DNA of 64,000 bases from Podarcis erhardii (taxonomy: Eukaryota), in the NCBI GenBank assembly GCA_964252035.1, contig OZ176203.1, one strand, 5' to 3'. The notes beneath the pieces are model-generated. The model was not told the DNA's origin, made no database searches, and saw nothing but the letters and a program-made list of their open reading frames with translations. Numbering within the stretch: position 1 is the stretch's first letter; the number at the start of each line of letters is the position of its first letter. Positions 26,640 to 38,585 of the stretch are shown in pieces. A program made the translations under genes and the position numbers.

Positions 26640-27100
26640 AGAGGTAGTACCTCTGGTGGGGGACACATTCTCTTCCTTCTGGGGTAGTTTGTCAACCTTT
26701 GGTCCCAACCCTGCACTCAGCTCTCACCTGTGGCTCCTAGTAGCTATCAGCATGTGACAGCAGCAACATCCCAGAAACAGCTTTGATTGGCCGGCTAAAC
26801 CATGTGAGTGTAGCAGATGGGTCTCAAACCCTCCATGAGTTAGGGACTTTCTCTGCATGCAAAGACAGGTGAATTAAGTGGACAAGACCAATAGTGGGTC
26901 CAATGGTCAAGAAGGCAGTTTCTGCACATTCTGTAGAGAGAAATGAGGGTTAGGTGGGGCTTATCAACCTGGAAAGGTAACCCATCTAGGAGAATTAAAA
27001 TTCTGATCGTAAACCTTCACTGTCTTGAGGAATATCTTCAGAAGAAGAAAAGACTAAGGAGCAAACCCTACACAAATCTGGAGTAGAGTCCCTAAGGTTT
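26640..27100 (+). mobile_element. RTE-clade LINE 5' UTR-like fragment
   Basis: Motifs CTCTCACCTGTGGCTCC, GGCCGGCTAAACCA, CCCATCTAGGAGAA..AAA.TCTGAT..TAAACC and CTGGAGTAGAGTCCCTAAGG resemble RTE 5' leaders as recalled; no ORF remains. Confidence 0.45.
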
Positions 27101-27247
27101 TGGACTAGATGGGTTAATTAGACAGGGGTGTCCCTTTGCCCAGCTCTCCTGGCTCAGCTGACCTCTTGCCAGCTGACACCAGTGGAATGCCACTAGTGCC
27201 ACTCTGACATCAACCTCCTTCTTCTATCTCCTGAGTGAATGGCCAAG

Positions 27248-27747
27248 TGTCAGGAGTTGGCCGGCTTCTGGCTTGAGAAAACAGCATACAAGAGGTAATC
27301 AACAGATGATTTATTGCATACAAGCAATTAGTCTCTGATCACTCTACCCGAGCGGCCATCTACCACAATTGTGTTGACTCATCTGAAGAATACTTCCGGC
27401 TACTGCAGAATATCCGGAACCTCCTACTCTGGGGTCATTCTCTCTCTTGGACTTTTTCCATTCGTCTAGTTCTGGGACTGACAGGGTCAGCTACCTCTTC
27501 TTCCACTGAGGAATCTCTCTCCCTACCGTGTGCCATGAGTGACTGATTCCTCAGAGAGCTGGCTCCCATCCAGCCTGCCTTTCCTGTGTTGACAAGCCGC
27601 ATTCCTTCCAGCTACAGAGGGAGGAAGCAACAGCCCACTGGTTTCAGCTGTCTGAGAAATCTGCAAGTCTCCCTCTTCTTCTGCCTGCCTGCCTGCCATC
27701 TAGCTCAAGCTGCCCTTCTCGGTTATGGGCTGTCATGTTCCGTGACA
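27248..27747 (-). mobile_element. Solo LTR (Gypsy-like), 500 bp
   Basis: TGTCAGG...CCGTGACA inverted termini; minus-strand AATAAA near 27313; acidic/SPRTRR pseudo-ORF typical of squamate LTRs; CpGs retained. Confidence 0.7.
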
Positions 27748-28082
27748 CGCTGAGTGAATGGCCAAGAGACACTCTGTTGGGTTCCACACCAGTGGGAGCT
27801 ACCAGAAAGCCTTGAAATTGGACATTCCGAGGGTGGCAGCAAAACTGAGCCAGCCTGGAATCCACTTTATCAAAAGTCAGTCTCACTGCCATTTGAAATG
27901 ACATCAAGCCTGGTCATCCTGCCCCTGCCTTTGCTGCGTTTGCCATGACATTCTGGGCTGCAGAGGTGGCTCTGCCACTCTGCAAAGTCTCGCTGTCAGA
28001 GAGTGGGAGCTAGAACAACTCTAAGCCAAGTTGTCCCATTGTGTACAGTAGGAATGTCTATGGATTGTATTAAAACAAAATT

Positions 28083-28642
28083 AAAAAATTCCTTCCAGTA
28101 GCACCTTAAAGACCAACTGAGTTAGTTCTAGGTATGAGCTTTCGTGTGCATGCACACTTCTTCAGATACACTGAAACAGAAGTCACCGGACCTTTCTATA
28201 TAGTGAGAAGGTGGGGAGGGGTATTACTCAGAAGGGTGGTGGGAATGGGTGATTGGCAGATAGCTGCGATGAGCCTGTTGACGACTCTTAACGACTGCAA
28301 TGGGTCTAACAGGAAAAAGCAAGGGGTGAGAAGGTGAAAAATGGCTTTGTCATGTATAATGAGATAAGAATCCAATGTCTTTGTTCAAACCAGGTCTCTC
28401 CATAGTTTTAAGTTTGGTGATAAGTTGCAATTCAGCAGCTTCTCTTTCCAGTCTATTTCTGAAATTCCTTTGTAATAGAACAGCTACTTTGAGATCTTGT
28501 ATAGAATGTCCTGGGAGATTGAAGTGTTCTCCTACTGGTTTTTCTGTCTTGTGGTTCCTGATGTCGGGAAGACAGAAAAACCAGTAGGAGAACACTTCAA
28601 TCTCCCAGGACATTCTATACAAGATCTCAAAGTAGCTGTTCT
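28083..28642 (-). mobile_element. Penelope-like retroelement 3' fragment (GIY-YIG C-terminus + 3' UTR) with inverted duplication
   Basis: Minus strand 28350-28565 encodes DIRNHKTEKPVGEHFNLPGHSIQDLKVAVLLQRNFRNRLEREAAELQLITKLKTMERPGLNKDIGFLSHYT* (PLE endonuclease end with HF...H and GLN motifs); 3' UTR carries a hammerhead; 74-bp inverted copy at 28569-28642. Confidence 0.9.
28132..28169 (-). ncRNA. Minimal type I hammerhead ribozyme motif (Penelope-associated)
   Basis: Minus strand GUAU CUGAAGA A GUGUGCAUGCACAC GAAA GC UC AUAC: complete CUGANGA/GAAA core, stem I GUAU/AUAC, palindromic stem II, vestigial stem III. Confidence 0.75.
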
Positions 28643-29512
28643 CACATGATACTGGAAACCTCATGAATATATGTGTGTCGTATACAAGTGTGAACTTGCC
28701 AGTTTTCATAATGTGTGTTGCTGCCCTAAGCTTGAAATCTGCATTGACAAGCCATATCCCAACCCAGCCACAATACATACAAAAGAAAGAGAAGAGATGG
28801 ATTTGCAGCTGCCCTGGTATCCGGAAGGAAGACTCTATTTCATTGGGAGCTAATGCAGGTGATAAAGCTGCATCACAACATTTAGTCATTTGTTTCCTTT
28901 CATTCCTGCCAGAAAGAGGTTCTGTTAACCAACTTATGTTGACTGTTGCCCTGGTGATACATGCTGTTCCCTGTTGAAATAGGTTGGCTTCCTCCTCCCC
29001 AAAGAGTAACATCACCAAGAAACTCAATGCAGTTAAGAGTTGATTGTTCTGTTTGTGTGACTCACCGCCAGTAAGAAATGTGAGGTTCCTCAATTCATTC
29101 AAATAGTTGTGTTTTAACATTTTTCGCTGTCTGGTAGTCCCGATTCTAGTAACTGTGGTGAAGCTATAGCACGGGAGCAATGATCAGGGGTGTCACATCC
29201 AGAAAGTGCTGCCCTGCCTTGCTGCTGCTGCCACAACTTCTTCCGCCACCACCTACCTGCTTCTGGTATTGCTGTGTGCGCTGCCACAGTCACTGCTGGC
29301 AAAGAAGCAGTGCCACCATATACACCCATTTCTGGCAAGATCAAGACCCAAATCACGCCAAGTGGACGTGATCTTGCCCAAAATTGGCACTCATGAAGTG
29401 CTAGCCTGGGTTTTTTCTGCCACCTTAGGCAGCAGCCTCACCTTGTCTAATGGCCATGATCATGCTTTTTCACATATGTTCTATGCTGAATGTCTGGCAA
29501 GCCTGCTTAAAT

Positions 29513-29755
29513 GAAGAAGAAGAGTTTGGATTTGATATCCCGCTTTATCACTACCCGAAGGAGTCTCAAAGCGGCTCACAATCTCCTTTTCCTTCCTCCC
29601 TCACAACAAACACTCTGTGAGGTGAGTGGGGCTGAGAGACTTCAGAGAAGTGTGACTAGCCCAAAGTCACTCAGCAGCTGCAGGTGGAGGAGCAGGGAAT
29701 CGAACCCAGTTCACCAGATTACGAGTCCACTGCTCTTAACCACTACACCACACTG
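29513..29755 (-). mobile_element. tRNA-derived SINE (Squam3-like), near full length
   Basis: Reverse complement CAGTGTGGTGTAGTGGTTAAGAGCAGTGGACTCGTAATCTGGTGAACTGGGTTCGATTCCC...GTGAGCCGCTTTGAGACTCC...(CTT)n tail. Confidence 0.85.
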
Positions 29756-29788
29756 ACTTTAAAATGACTTTAAAGTCCTGCTATGATT

Positions 29789-29850
29789 CAGGGTCAGTGG
29801 TTGTATGTGAGATGGACCGATGGTCTGATTCAGCCTAAGGTAGTTCTTTA
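29789..29850 (+). mobile_element. Squam2-like SINE 3' fragment
   Basis: GAGATGGACCGATGGTCTGATTCAGCCTAAGGTAGTTC tail motif. Confidence 0.45.
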
Positions 29851-30831
29851 CAGCCTGTAAAGTTCAGTTTATTCTTTTTCAAGTGTATGATGTGGTACAT
29901 ATTGGTCAATGCATTCCTATGCATGCATAAGTCACAAAAAGTTCATTTGGACTCACTCCACAGTGTTTGTTTAGGAAATGCTGCCAAGTTGTTAATATTT
30001 TACATATTATATGTATAATAAGGTACTTAGATATGAACCACAGTTGCCTGTTTCTATAACTGCACTACTTTTTAGGCAGGGAGCCTCTCCAAAATAATAA
30101 AGATAGCTTGAATTTTTGCTGAGGAAAAAAATATTTTTGAAATTGAACTAAACAAAATCTGCCTTCATCAAGATATGTTTACTTAACCAGGCAGAATTGT
30201 TAAAAAAAAAAGTGATAGGGAAGTTTATGATCAAAGCAATAACTTAATAGCAATAAAAGTCATTTGCAGTGCATATGTTACTGTAAAAGGAAAAAGGAAA
30301 AGAAAAGATTGTCATCATTCACTAGAAAATTGTTTAAAACACTGTCAACAGGACTTCTGACATTTATAGCAATCCATATATTGAAATATTCTACTGTAAT
30401 GCTTAATGTTTGCTTATATTTCAAGTGGCTTCTGTATGCAGTGAAATAAGAAAAATGGCAGCAAATTATGTAAATGTTTGCCTGGCACAAACAAGGCCAT
30501 TCCTTTCCAAAACAGAATGTGAAAATGCAGAACCAAACTTTGGTAATAATAATAAATATGTGTCACACATATTGATATTCTAATGTAGCAATGATAACCA
30601 AAAGTTGCTTGAGAATTTTGGGTGTTCTCATGTTCTAGGTATATATGACCATGTTTTGCATGAAAAATTGAAGAGCTTTAAACAATAGACGGTATTTATT
30701 TAATAATTCTGTCTCAGAAAGGAATGTGAGAATTTGGTTTGTTCATGAATATACTTTTAGCTAGTCTAATATTGGAAATTAGTTATACTTTAACTCCCAT
30801 TGAAACTACAAGCCACTTCTGACACATTTAC

Positions 30832-30896
30832 ATCTCTCTTTCTCTCTCTCATTCCCCCTCTTTCTCCCTCTCTCTCTCTCTCATACACACACACAC
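30832..30896. repeat. Compound (CT)n/(CA)n microsatellite
   Basis: Direct reading. Confidence 0.85.
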
Positions 30897-31156
30897 CAAC
30901 TCCCAAAAGAAACAGATAAAGAGAAATATTTACCATGTAGTACCAGCAGAGGGCATTAAAGTATAGTTCACAATGCGACAAACAACTAATTTCAAAACAA
31001 AAACTAAACGACAAAATGACTAGAGTCCTGATGAGTTATTTTAAATTGTGCTTTATTTCAACAACACAAATCTTTAAGACCTCATTTGATTCCAACAATA
31101 AATATGATATATTCCAGATAAAACACTGAAACAATTATAAAACTCTTATAGCTATA

Positions 31157-31382
31157 CAGTGGTACCTCGGGTTACATACGCTTCAGGTTACAGACTCCGC
31201 TAACCCAGAAATAGTACCTCGGGTTAAGAACTTTGCTTCAGGATGAGAACAGAAATCATGCTCCAGTGGTGCGGCAGTAGTAGGAGGCCCCATTAGCTAA
31301 AGTGGTGCTTCAGGTTAAGAACAGTTTCAGGTTAAGAACAGACCTCCGGAATGAATTAAGTACTTAACCTGAGGTACCACTG
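31157..31382 (+). mobile_element. Tc1/mariner MITE, family A (CAGTGGTACCTC TIR), copy 1
   Basis: TIR CAGTGGTACCTC..GGTTA / TAACC.GAGGTACCACTG, TA flanks. Confidence 0.9.
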
Positions 31383-31769
31383 TAGTCATGCTTAAGCTCA
31401 CGGGTCAAACTTTTGCCTAAATTATTGAAAACTACCCCCCCCCCAAAAAAAACAACAACCCTGTTTATTCACAGAGCAGTCCTATGCATGTCTAATTACT
31501 TTTACATAACTATGATGAGGAAAGGGTAACAGCATTAATGTTCCATAGCCCTCGATCCTGCTTTTAAAACTAATTATATTTAGGTTGGTTTTCAAACTCT
31601 TGCTAACAGATACTATTCTAAGACTCAGTACAGCTCTAATACCAAGTCAAATGAACTAATTCATAAGTGGGTCAAAGAAACTAACTATAGAATATGAGAT
31701 GAAATATCAGAGATAAGTATTTTGCCTGGTGTCACATTGATCAAGAAAAATTATATTTATTGTATAAGA

Positions 31770-31907
31770 CAGTGGTAGCCAACATGGTGTCCCCTAGATG
31801 TTTCTGGACTACATTTTCCAGAAGACACAACCAGCATGTCCAGTGGTCAGGGAAGTTGGGAGCTGTAGTCCAGCAACCTCTGATGGGCACCATATTGATC
31901 ATGCCTG
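31770..31907. mobile_element. Palindromic hAT-type MITE
   Basis: CAGTGGTAGCCAACATGGTG...CACCATATTGATCATGCCTG; flanks GTATAAGA / CTATAAGG (6/8, eroded 8-bp TSD). Confidence 0.65.
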
Positions 31908-33839
31908 CTATAAGGCCTTTTGTGCTGGAATGAGAGAGAATACCGGTACATTTGAAAATGAAATAGCTTCTATTATACCAATGTTGTGACCACCAGGGCT
32001 GGCAAAGCAGCCTGTAATGTAGGCTTTATTGGCACTGCATCATTTCTCTGGTTAATCCAATTCCTACATTATCAGAACAGCCTTGAACCCCTGTGGTCTC
32101 GTTCCGCCTTGTAAGAAAGAGCTATGTGACCAGATAAAGGACATGGCTTGATGCAGGGAGGGGTGATGCTGTAAGGCATAGGATTTGGGTCTTAGGTTCC
32201 AATTTTGTCAAAAAATTACTTGGGGGTGTGTCCCTTTGGATGTACAAGAAATCTTTCTTCCTAATAAATATGCATTTGGTTGGAATGTATACTGTGGCAC
32301 TTCAAATGGTAACATGGACCTCAGTGCAGTAATAGTTATGAACAAAGTGACCTTGATACTTTGTTCCCTGCACAAGTGACACATTTTGTGATATTGCACT
32401 GATGCTAAAAGATTTCAGATCCTGTACTCTTTGCAGAATACCAGATTCCCCAGGTTGGGAGAGGGGGATATGTAGGTCCTTATGCAAGCATAAGAGGATT
32501 ACAAGGGTTTAGCCTTGATCAGGAGTTGGATCAAACAGGTGTGTCACAAAAATATTGAATTAGGGCAGGATGCCAAATATACTGGACCTTTCTTTCTGTT
32601 ATCTAGAAATGGTCATCAGAGCCAGCTTGGTGTTACTGTTGCTAAGCCTCTTTCTTGAATTAAACTGCAACATGTACGCCCCCCACTCTCCTTTTCCTTT
32701 AATCTATCAGCGTATTAGGTTTAGGAGAGTTGTGTGGTTTCTTAAGGGCTGCGCCACTTCCCGGGACCTTGCAGAGAAAGTATCCCATGCCTATGGATAA
32801 GCCTCAGCATTTGAATGCATCCATTTTCCCTGTGTACATCCACACTAATTTTCTAGGGCATTCCTCATTGCTGCCAGCATGATCAAAAGAAAATAACTTC
32901 AAGCTTTTAAATTAAGGGAGGATATCCCTGCACATATCCTTGGGGATGGGGATAAGAGCTGTGAGGCCTCTCTCTTGGCAGTTTCAAAGTGATAGGTCTC
33001 TCATTTGAAATACATAGAAGATTATTTTCGTTTTGTTTTTGAAGCTCAGTTTGGCTGGGAGCCAAGGGCGTCCTGGAGAGTTGCCTTGTGCCTTGCAGGC
33101 TAGTCTGACCTTCGAGTAACAGATGCTAGAAGGTGTCAAGTTCTGTTACTTTCTGCATTAAATTTAAAGCAGCAGTTTCTTATCCTTGCTTTTTTTTTTT
33201 ATTTAAGGAAAGTAAACCTAGAATGAACAGTCCTGGATTCTTTTAAACTGATGTCTAAAACAGGAATTCAGCTTCAGGGTATATTTTACAGTGCGGGGAG
33301 CCTAAACTGATCCCGATAGAATTACAAAGTCCAGAATTAAATGACAAAAGAATATGACTATTATCTCTCCATTTCCGCTTTAGAATCTATAATTTCATGG
33401 TCATTCAGTTGGACCCTGTCGTTCAAATATGGCCTGTTCTTCCTTCTGGTCCCTTTAACATCACCTCTATTGCTGTCCTTTGTATTCTTTCAGATGTTAA
33501 AAAATGAGCACAGCTCTTGTCTGATTAGTTGTTCTATCGGAAAATACCGGTATTTATTCTGTTCCATTTTTACAGACCACCCCACACTGAAGAGACATGC
33601 CAAGTAACAATAGCAAAAAAAATAACAAACAGAGCATGAGTCAATTTAATTACCTTTCCCTACCTGTTCTTGAACTACAAAGGCCAGCCTAGGCAAATAG
33701 GCTGATGAAAGTGTCTTCAGCCAACCACCCTAAAGTCAGCCAGATGTATAGTATGGTGGTGCCTCTAGTCTCTTGTTCTGATCAAGTGTTTCCCCTTCAG
33801 AGCTGAAGAACAATGGTGCACATATTTGACAGTTCTTCT

Positions 33840-35130
33840 AAACCAGCCATTTCAGTCAAGTTTAGGCCCAGTTTTGGGCCAGAAACTGCTTTGGTTGCCT
33901 TGTATAATGACCTCTGTCAGGAGATACACAAAGGAAATGTGTCCCCGTTAATTATCTGTATTTTCTCAGTAGCTTTCGATACCATCTATCATGTTATCCT
34001 TCTGGAGCAGCTGTCCAACTTTGGAGTGGGTGGCACCACTTTGCGGAGGTTCCAGTCCTACTGAAATGGGGTTCCTCAGGTTTCAGTTTTATCCCGGATG
34101 CTATTTAACATCTACATGAAACCGATGAATGAGGTTATCTAGAGCTTTGTAGTACGTTGTCATCTATAGGCTGCCAGCTCTTCTCCTTTACATCTGCAGG
34201 TGGGGGAGTGGATGTGCTAGACCATTGTCTTGCCTCTTTAATGGACTGAATGAGAACCAACAAACCGAAACTCAATCCAGAAAACACTGAGGCACTGTGG
34301 CACTGTTAGTGGGCAGTTCCCTAGACCAGATGGATGGGAGGTTGCCTACTCTTGGTGGGGTTACACTCCCTCTGAAGGAGCAGGTATGCAGTTTGTGGGT
34401 ACTTCTGGATCCTCTGCTTTCGCTTGAGGCTCAACTGGCCTCAGTAGCATGGAGTGCTTTTCATCAGCTGTGGTTGGTGGGCCAGCTATGTCCCTATCTC
34501 GACAGGGGTAGCCTTACTTCTGTTGTCTATGCTCTGGTAGCCACTAGGTTAGATTATTGCACTGTGTTACACAGAAGCTGCCTCTGAAGACAGTTCAGAA
34601 ACTGCAGCTGGTGCAGAATTCAGCAGCTAGGTTGCTCATCAGGGCAAGATGGTTTGAGGATATTACACTGATCCTGGCCTGACTACATTGGCTTAGTTTC
34701 TAGGCCCAATTCAAAGTGCTGGTTTTGATCTACAGAGCCGTAAGCGGCTCTGGACTGCAATATCTCAATGACCACCTCTCCCCATATGAATTGATCCAGA
34801 CCCTGCAATCATCATCTGAGGCCCTTCTTGGTGTGTCTCATCCATGAGAGGCCTGGAGGGTGGCAACATGAGAATGGGCCTTTTCTGCCCTCACTCTCCA
34901 TTTTTGGAATGCTTTCCCCAAGGAGACTTGCCTGGCACCTTCATTGCATATCGTTACAAAAGTGTTTCTTTATAACCAGGCCTTTGGGCTGATTAACTTG
35001 CATTTAAATGTGTTTGTGGAAGAGGGGTTCCTGGTTGTTTTTAATATGTATTTTGTGTTCTCATTTAGTATTTTTATGTTGTGAACTGCTCCGTGATCTT
35101 TGGATGAAGCGTCATATACAAATATAACAA
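33840..35130 (+). mobile_element. L2 LINE, RT C-terminal half and 3' UTR (degraded)
   Basis: Remnants FGPETALVALYNDL, FDTIYH, LFNIYMKP, NKPKLNPENTE, TLPLKEQVCSLWVLLD, RLDYC and KLQLVQNSAARLL; (AAC)n tail near 35123. Confidence 0.9.
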
Positions 35131-35214
35131 CAACAACCTTAATCCCATTTTCAACTCCCATGTCATTTACCCATTAGCCTATAGACTTTCAGAAATTAAG
35201 CTTTCTTGATATAA

Positions 35215-35460
35215 TTCTCTCTTTTTTTATTCAAAATTAAAACAAAACATATTATCCAGAAACATATCATCCTTATTCCCCCCCCCCATTTTTCCACCCT
35301 CCCACACAAAATCCACCCCCCCACCCCCCGACTTCCCTCAGTTCCATTCTTTGATTTCTCTGAGAATGCTGATTTCTGCATGTTATAAAGTTGTATAGAT
35401 CCTCAAACTATTCAGCTGATTATCAATAAAAAGTTTGTGAGTCTTTATAATTCTCAAGGC
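35215..35460 (-). mobile_element. L1-type 3' UTR fragment
   Basis: T-rich tail plus TTTATT, then C-run tracts (G-rich on minus) with GACTTCCCTC, as in squamate L1 3' UTRs. Confidence 0.4.
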
Positions 35461-37885
35461 CAGTGGCAGTGGAAAAAGTGGGGCAGTTTGCCTGACGAAT
35501 AGAAATTAGCTTAGAGGAGTGCTCTTGTGTCCTTTGATATGTTGTATATGGTTTCTTCGTATTTGTTTTCTTTTTTCAACTGTTTCCTTCCCACTGGAAA
35601 TATTTAGACCAGCTACCCCAGTATTGGGGCATTTTTGGAGTCTGGGGTCAGGTCACAGGCCTGTGGCATGGATCCCAGCTGTTTCAATCAACAACATGTC
35701 CCTGAACTGTCCCCAGCACATACCCTTTTTGGCCCTTCGAACACCAGAGCTTGAACTTCAGTTGGGTTCAGGGCGCCAGAAGTATTATATTGGTGAGAAG
35801 GGGGATCTGACATTGGGTCTCCTCTCTGACATTGGGTTCACAGATCTAATATATCTTATGGCCCTGGAACACGCTCCCAGGAGCCATGTGATTGCATCTT
35901 TAAAATTTGATTTGCTTCAGTGAATTTGAAGCTTAGGCATCCAAATCAATGCGACTCGCTTGGTTTTACTTGATCAGTGTCAAAGTTTTAATATATACGG
36001 TATATTGTAATAAGAAGCACGTTTGAATTATTTTAATATGGATAATTTTATCCAGTCTGTGAATTTTGAAAATGCTTAAGGTTCTTGCAAGATGTGCATA
36101 TATAGCAGTTTATTTTTTATTTTGTATCCTGCCTTCATTTGAAGGGTTTAGAAGCCTCCCAACAAACATCTCAGATACAGTTGGCCAAGAACTGCTTTCA
36201 TCATAAATTGTACTGTGCAAATAAGCAGATAATTTTCAGTTGTTTTACTTTCTTCCTTGAATTGGACAGAAAGTTAATTCTTTATGATTCTTCAGCTCAT
36301 AAATGGAGGCTTTGTTAAATATGACCAGCAATTTAGTGAAAGAAATAGGATGGATCATTTATGTAATTCCTTTGAAGTCCAAATTGCTACTGTTATTTTT
36401 AATGCTGGTGAATTATAAAAAGAAAAGTTGTGCTTTCCTTAGCAAAAAACAAAAACAAAACACAGAGAAAACACAATTAAGGATGCAATGTTTGAAAGGG
36501 ATATACAAAAATATAAATAGATATTTAATATCCAATAAAATGAAACCAACTCTACAAGCACATATTAATAAATCACTCCTATAAGGCACGTGATGTATTT
36601 TACTCTAGAGATATATATGGAATATTAAATATCTATTTGAATTAAAACATACAGGAAGCCTTTCTCCCCAAAATAAAATGTATAGAAAAGTTATTTTAAT
36701 GCCATGTTTTTAAAAATGCAACGTTCTCCATAGTTGACTGTCACTGGCAGAACTGTACAATGTATCATTTTATTCCATTTCTTTTTAATGAGACAGAAGC
36801 TTTTCTTTTATAAAAAAAATTTGTGCAAATCATTTAAAAATGGATGTCCTTGGAAACATTAAATGCATGATATCTGAACAGTGAATATACTTTCATTTCT
36901 CAGGCACATTTTAGGCACATCATTTTGACAGCCTTTCTTCAGTGCCCATATATTATGTGACATGAATGTGTTTCAAAACCAGACATTATTGGGGGTGGGG
37001 AAGTAATGCTTTCTTGAAGGCTTCACGATGCCTAGCATAATTGCATTGGGTGTGTGTGTAGCAAGGCTCCATTCCATTTTATTGTGAATGTTGAATGCAT
37101 GTCATTCAAAGCTCCCCCCTTTTTTGCTTGTCGACTTTGATTTTAATTTTTTAATGAAGAGTATGCACATTCCACCAGGTGACATCCTATCACTCTTTCC
37201 TATATAATACATATGGCAGTTGGGACCTTTGGAATGACCCACAAGTAAAACATATAGATGAGTTATAGCTTTTTTTCTTTTTCTTTGTTGCACTGGGAAG
37301 AGTTGCCCTGTACCAAATTATCAGGTTGCACAATGTGCTGAAAAGACATGTTGAAATAAAATTTTGTCCTGTCAGCTCACCCATCCCAGCTTCCTCTTAG
37401 GTAGCCCAGCTTTCTTTGATCCCTTAGATAACCTGGTCCCAAGTTAGGTAATTTAGGGCTTTAAAGACTTTCAGTGCTGTGCTCAGTGACATATTAGGAG
37501 CCAGTGCATCTCCTTCAGCAAAAGTGTTTCTAGCATATTTTTGTTCTGAAATCTCCCCCAGACGAGAGCAGCTAACTTATGCTATTTCCTCCAGAGAAAT
37601 CTTGGTGAGTCTCTAGCGCCTAGTGCAGGAAGGTTGGGACGCTTATCTTCTTTCAACTCTCCCTGGGAATACCTTTTCAAATTTACTTCTCCCTCCCCTC
37701 CTCCCATAAGTAAAGAGTTTACTTTCCTAGCTCATCACTGGGTTATAACCCTGACAGAGCTCCCTGTCAGTTCCTGCTATATCTTCTACACTTAGAATGT
37801 TCCATTTTCTAAATTTCCTTTCCTTTCAAGTATATGCTGCTGCAGCAGCAGTTCTTTCCTCTCTGACTTCTTTTCCTCAATCCAT

Positions 37886-38013
37886 CAGGCTTCCTCAATC
37901 TCTGCCCTCCAGATGTTTTTGGCCTACAACTCCCATGATCCCTAGCTAGTAGGACCAGTGGTCAGGGATGATGGGAACTGTAGTCTCTGGAGGGCCGAGG
38001 TTGAAGAAGCCTG
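37886..38013. mobile_element. Palindromic hAT-type MITE
   Basis: CAGGCTTCCTCAATCT / AGGTTGAAGAAGCCTG TIRs; internal GGCCTACAACTCCCATGATCCC...GGGATGATGGGAACTGTAG symmetry. Confidence 0.7.
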
Positions 38014-38039
38014 CTCTTTATAGTATGCAGAGAAAGAAG

Positions 38040-38585
38040 AGCACATCATACGCAGCTGTGAGAGGCTCCACAGAGACAAGTTCCAGTTGTGTCCAGCCTC
38101 TGTTTATGTTACATGTTGTCAAGAGGAAGCCCCTATCAGCAACTTAGGTGCTACATTCTGCACTACTTGCAGCTTCCAGACACAGAGAGTGCATTGCAGC
38201 AACCCAGTATTGAGGTTACCAATGCCAGGATCACAGTGGCCAAGCTATCTGAAGGCTCATCCAGACTTCCTTTTGTGCTGAGTTGGACGCCATGTCCAAG
38301 GGTACCTGTACCTTAAGTGACAGGGATAAAACCAGGAGCACCCCTCAAACTACACACCTGTTCCTTCAGAGGGAATGCAGCCCCTTGCAGAACAGGTAGC
38401 TGGCCTATCTCCTGAAGAGATGAATCATTCACCTACAGGGAATCCATCTTGCTGGGGTTTAAACTCAGTTTATTGGCCCTTATTCAGTTTCCCACTGTAC
38501 TTGGATGCAGTACTTGGATGGCCACTACTGATTCATTCAGATGTCACAGAGAAATAGAGCTGTGTGTCATCCCCATGCAGGTATC
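38040..38585 (-). mobile_element. L2 LINE RT fragment
   Basis: Minus-strand remnants GDDTQL, IRANKLSLNPSK, FPLKEQVCSL, DSLATVILALVTSILGCCNAL and KLQVVQNVAPKLL. Confidence 0.8.

Noticed and set aside
28350-29180. Longest ORF in the track (276 aa, minus strand)
   Set aside because: Chimera: only the last ~70 aa are Penelope GIY-YIG; the middle is the antisense reading of the inverted duplication and the N-terminal part is unique DNA with no recognisable domain.
21690-35130. L2 5' half (21.7 kb) and L2 3' half (33.8 kb) as a single split element
   Set aside because: The 11.5 kb between them is largely unique sequence, there is no shared TSD, and L2 fragments are abundant; independent copies are more likely.
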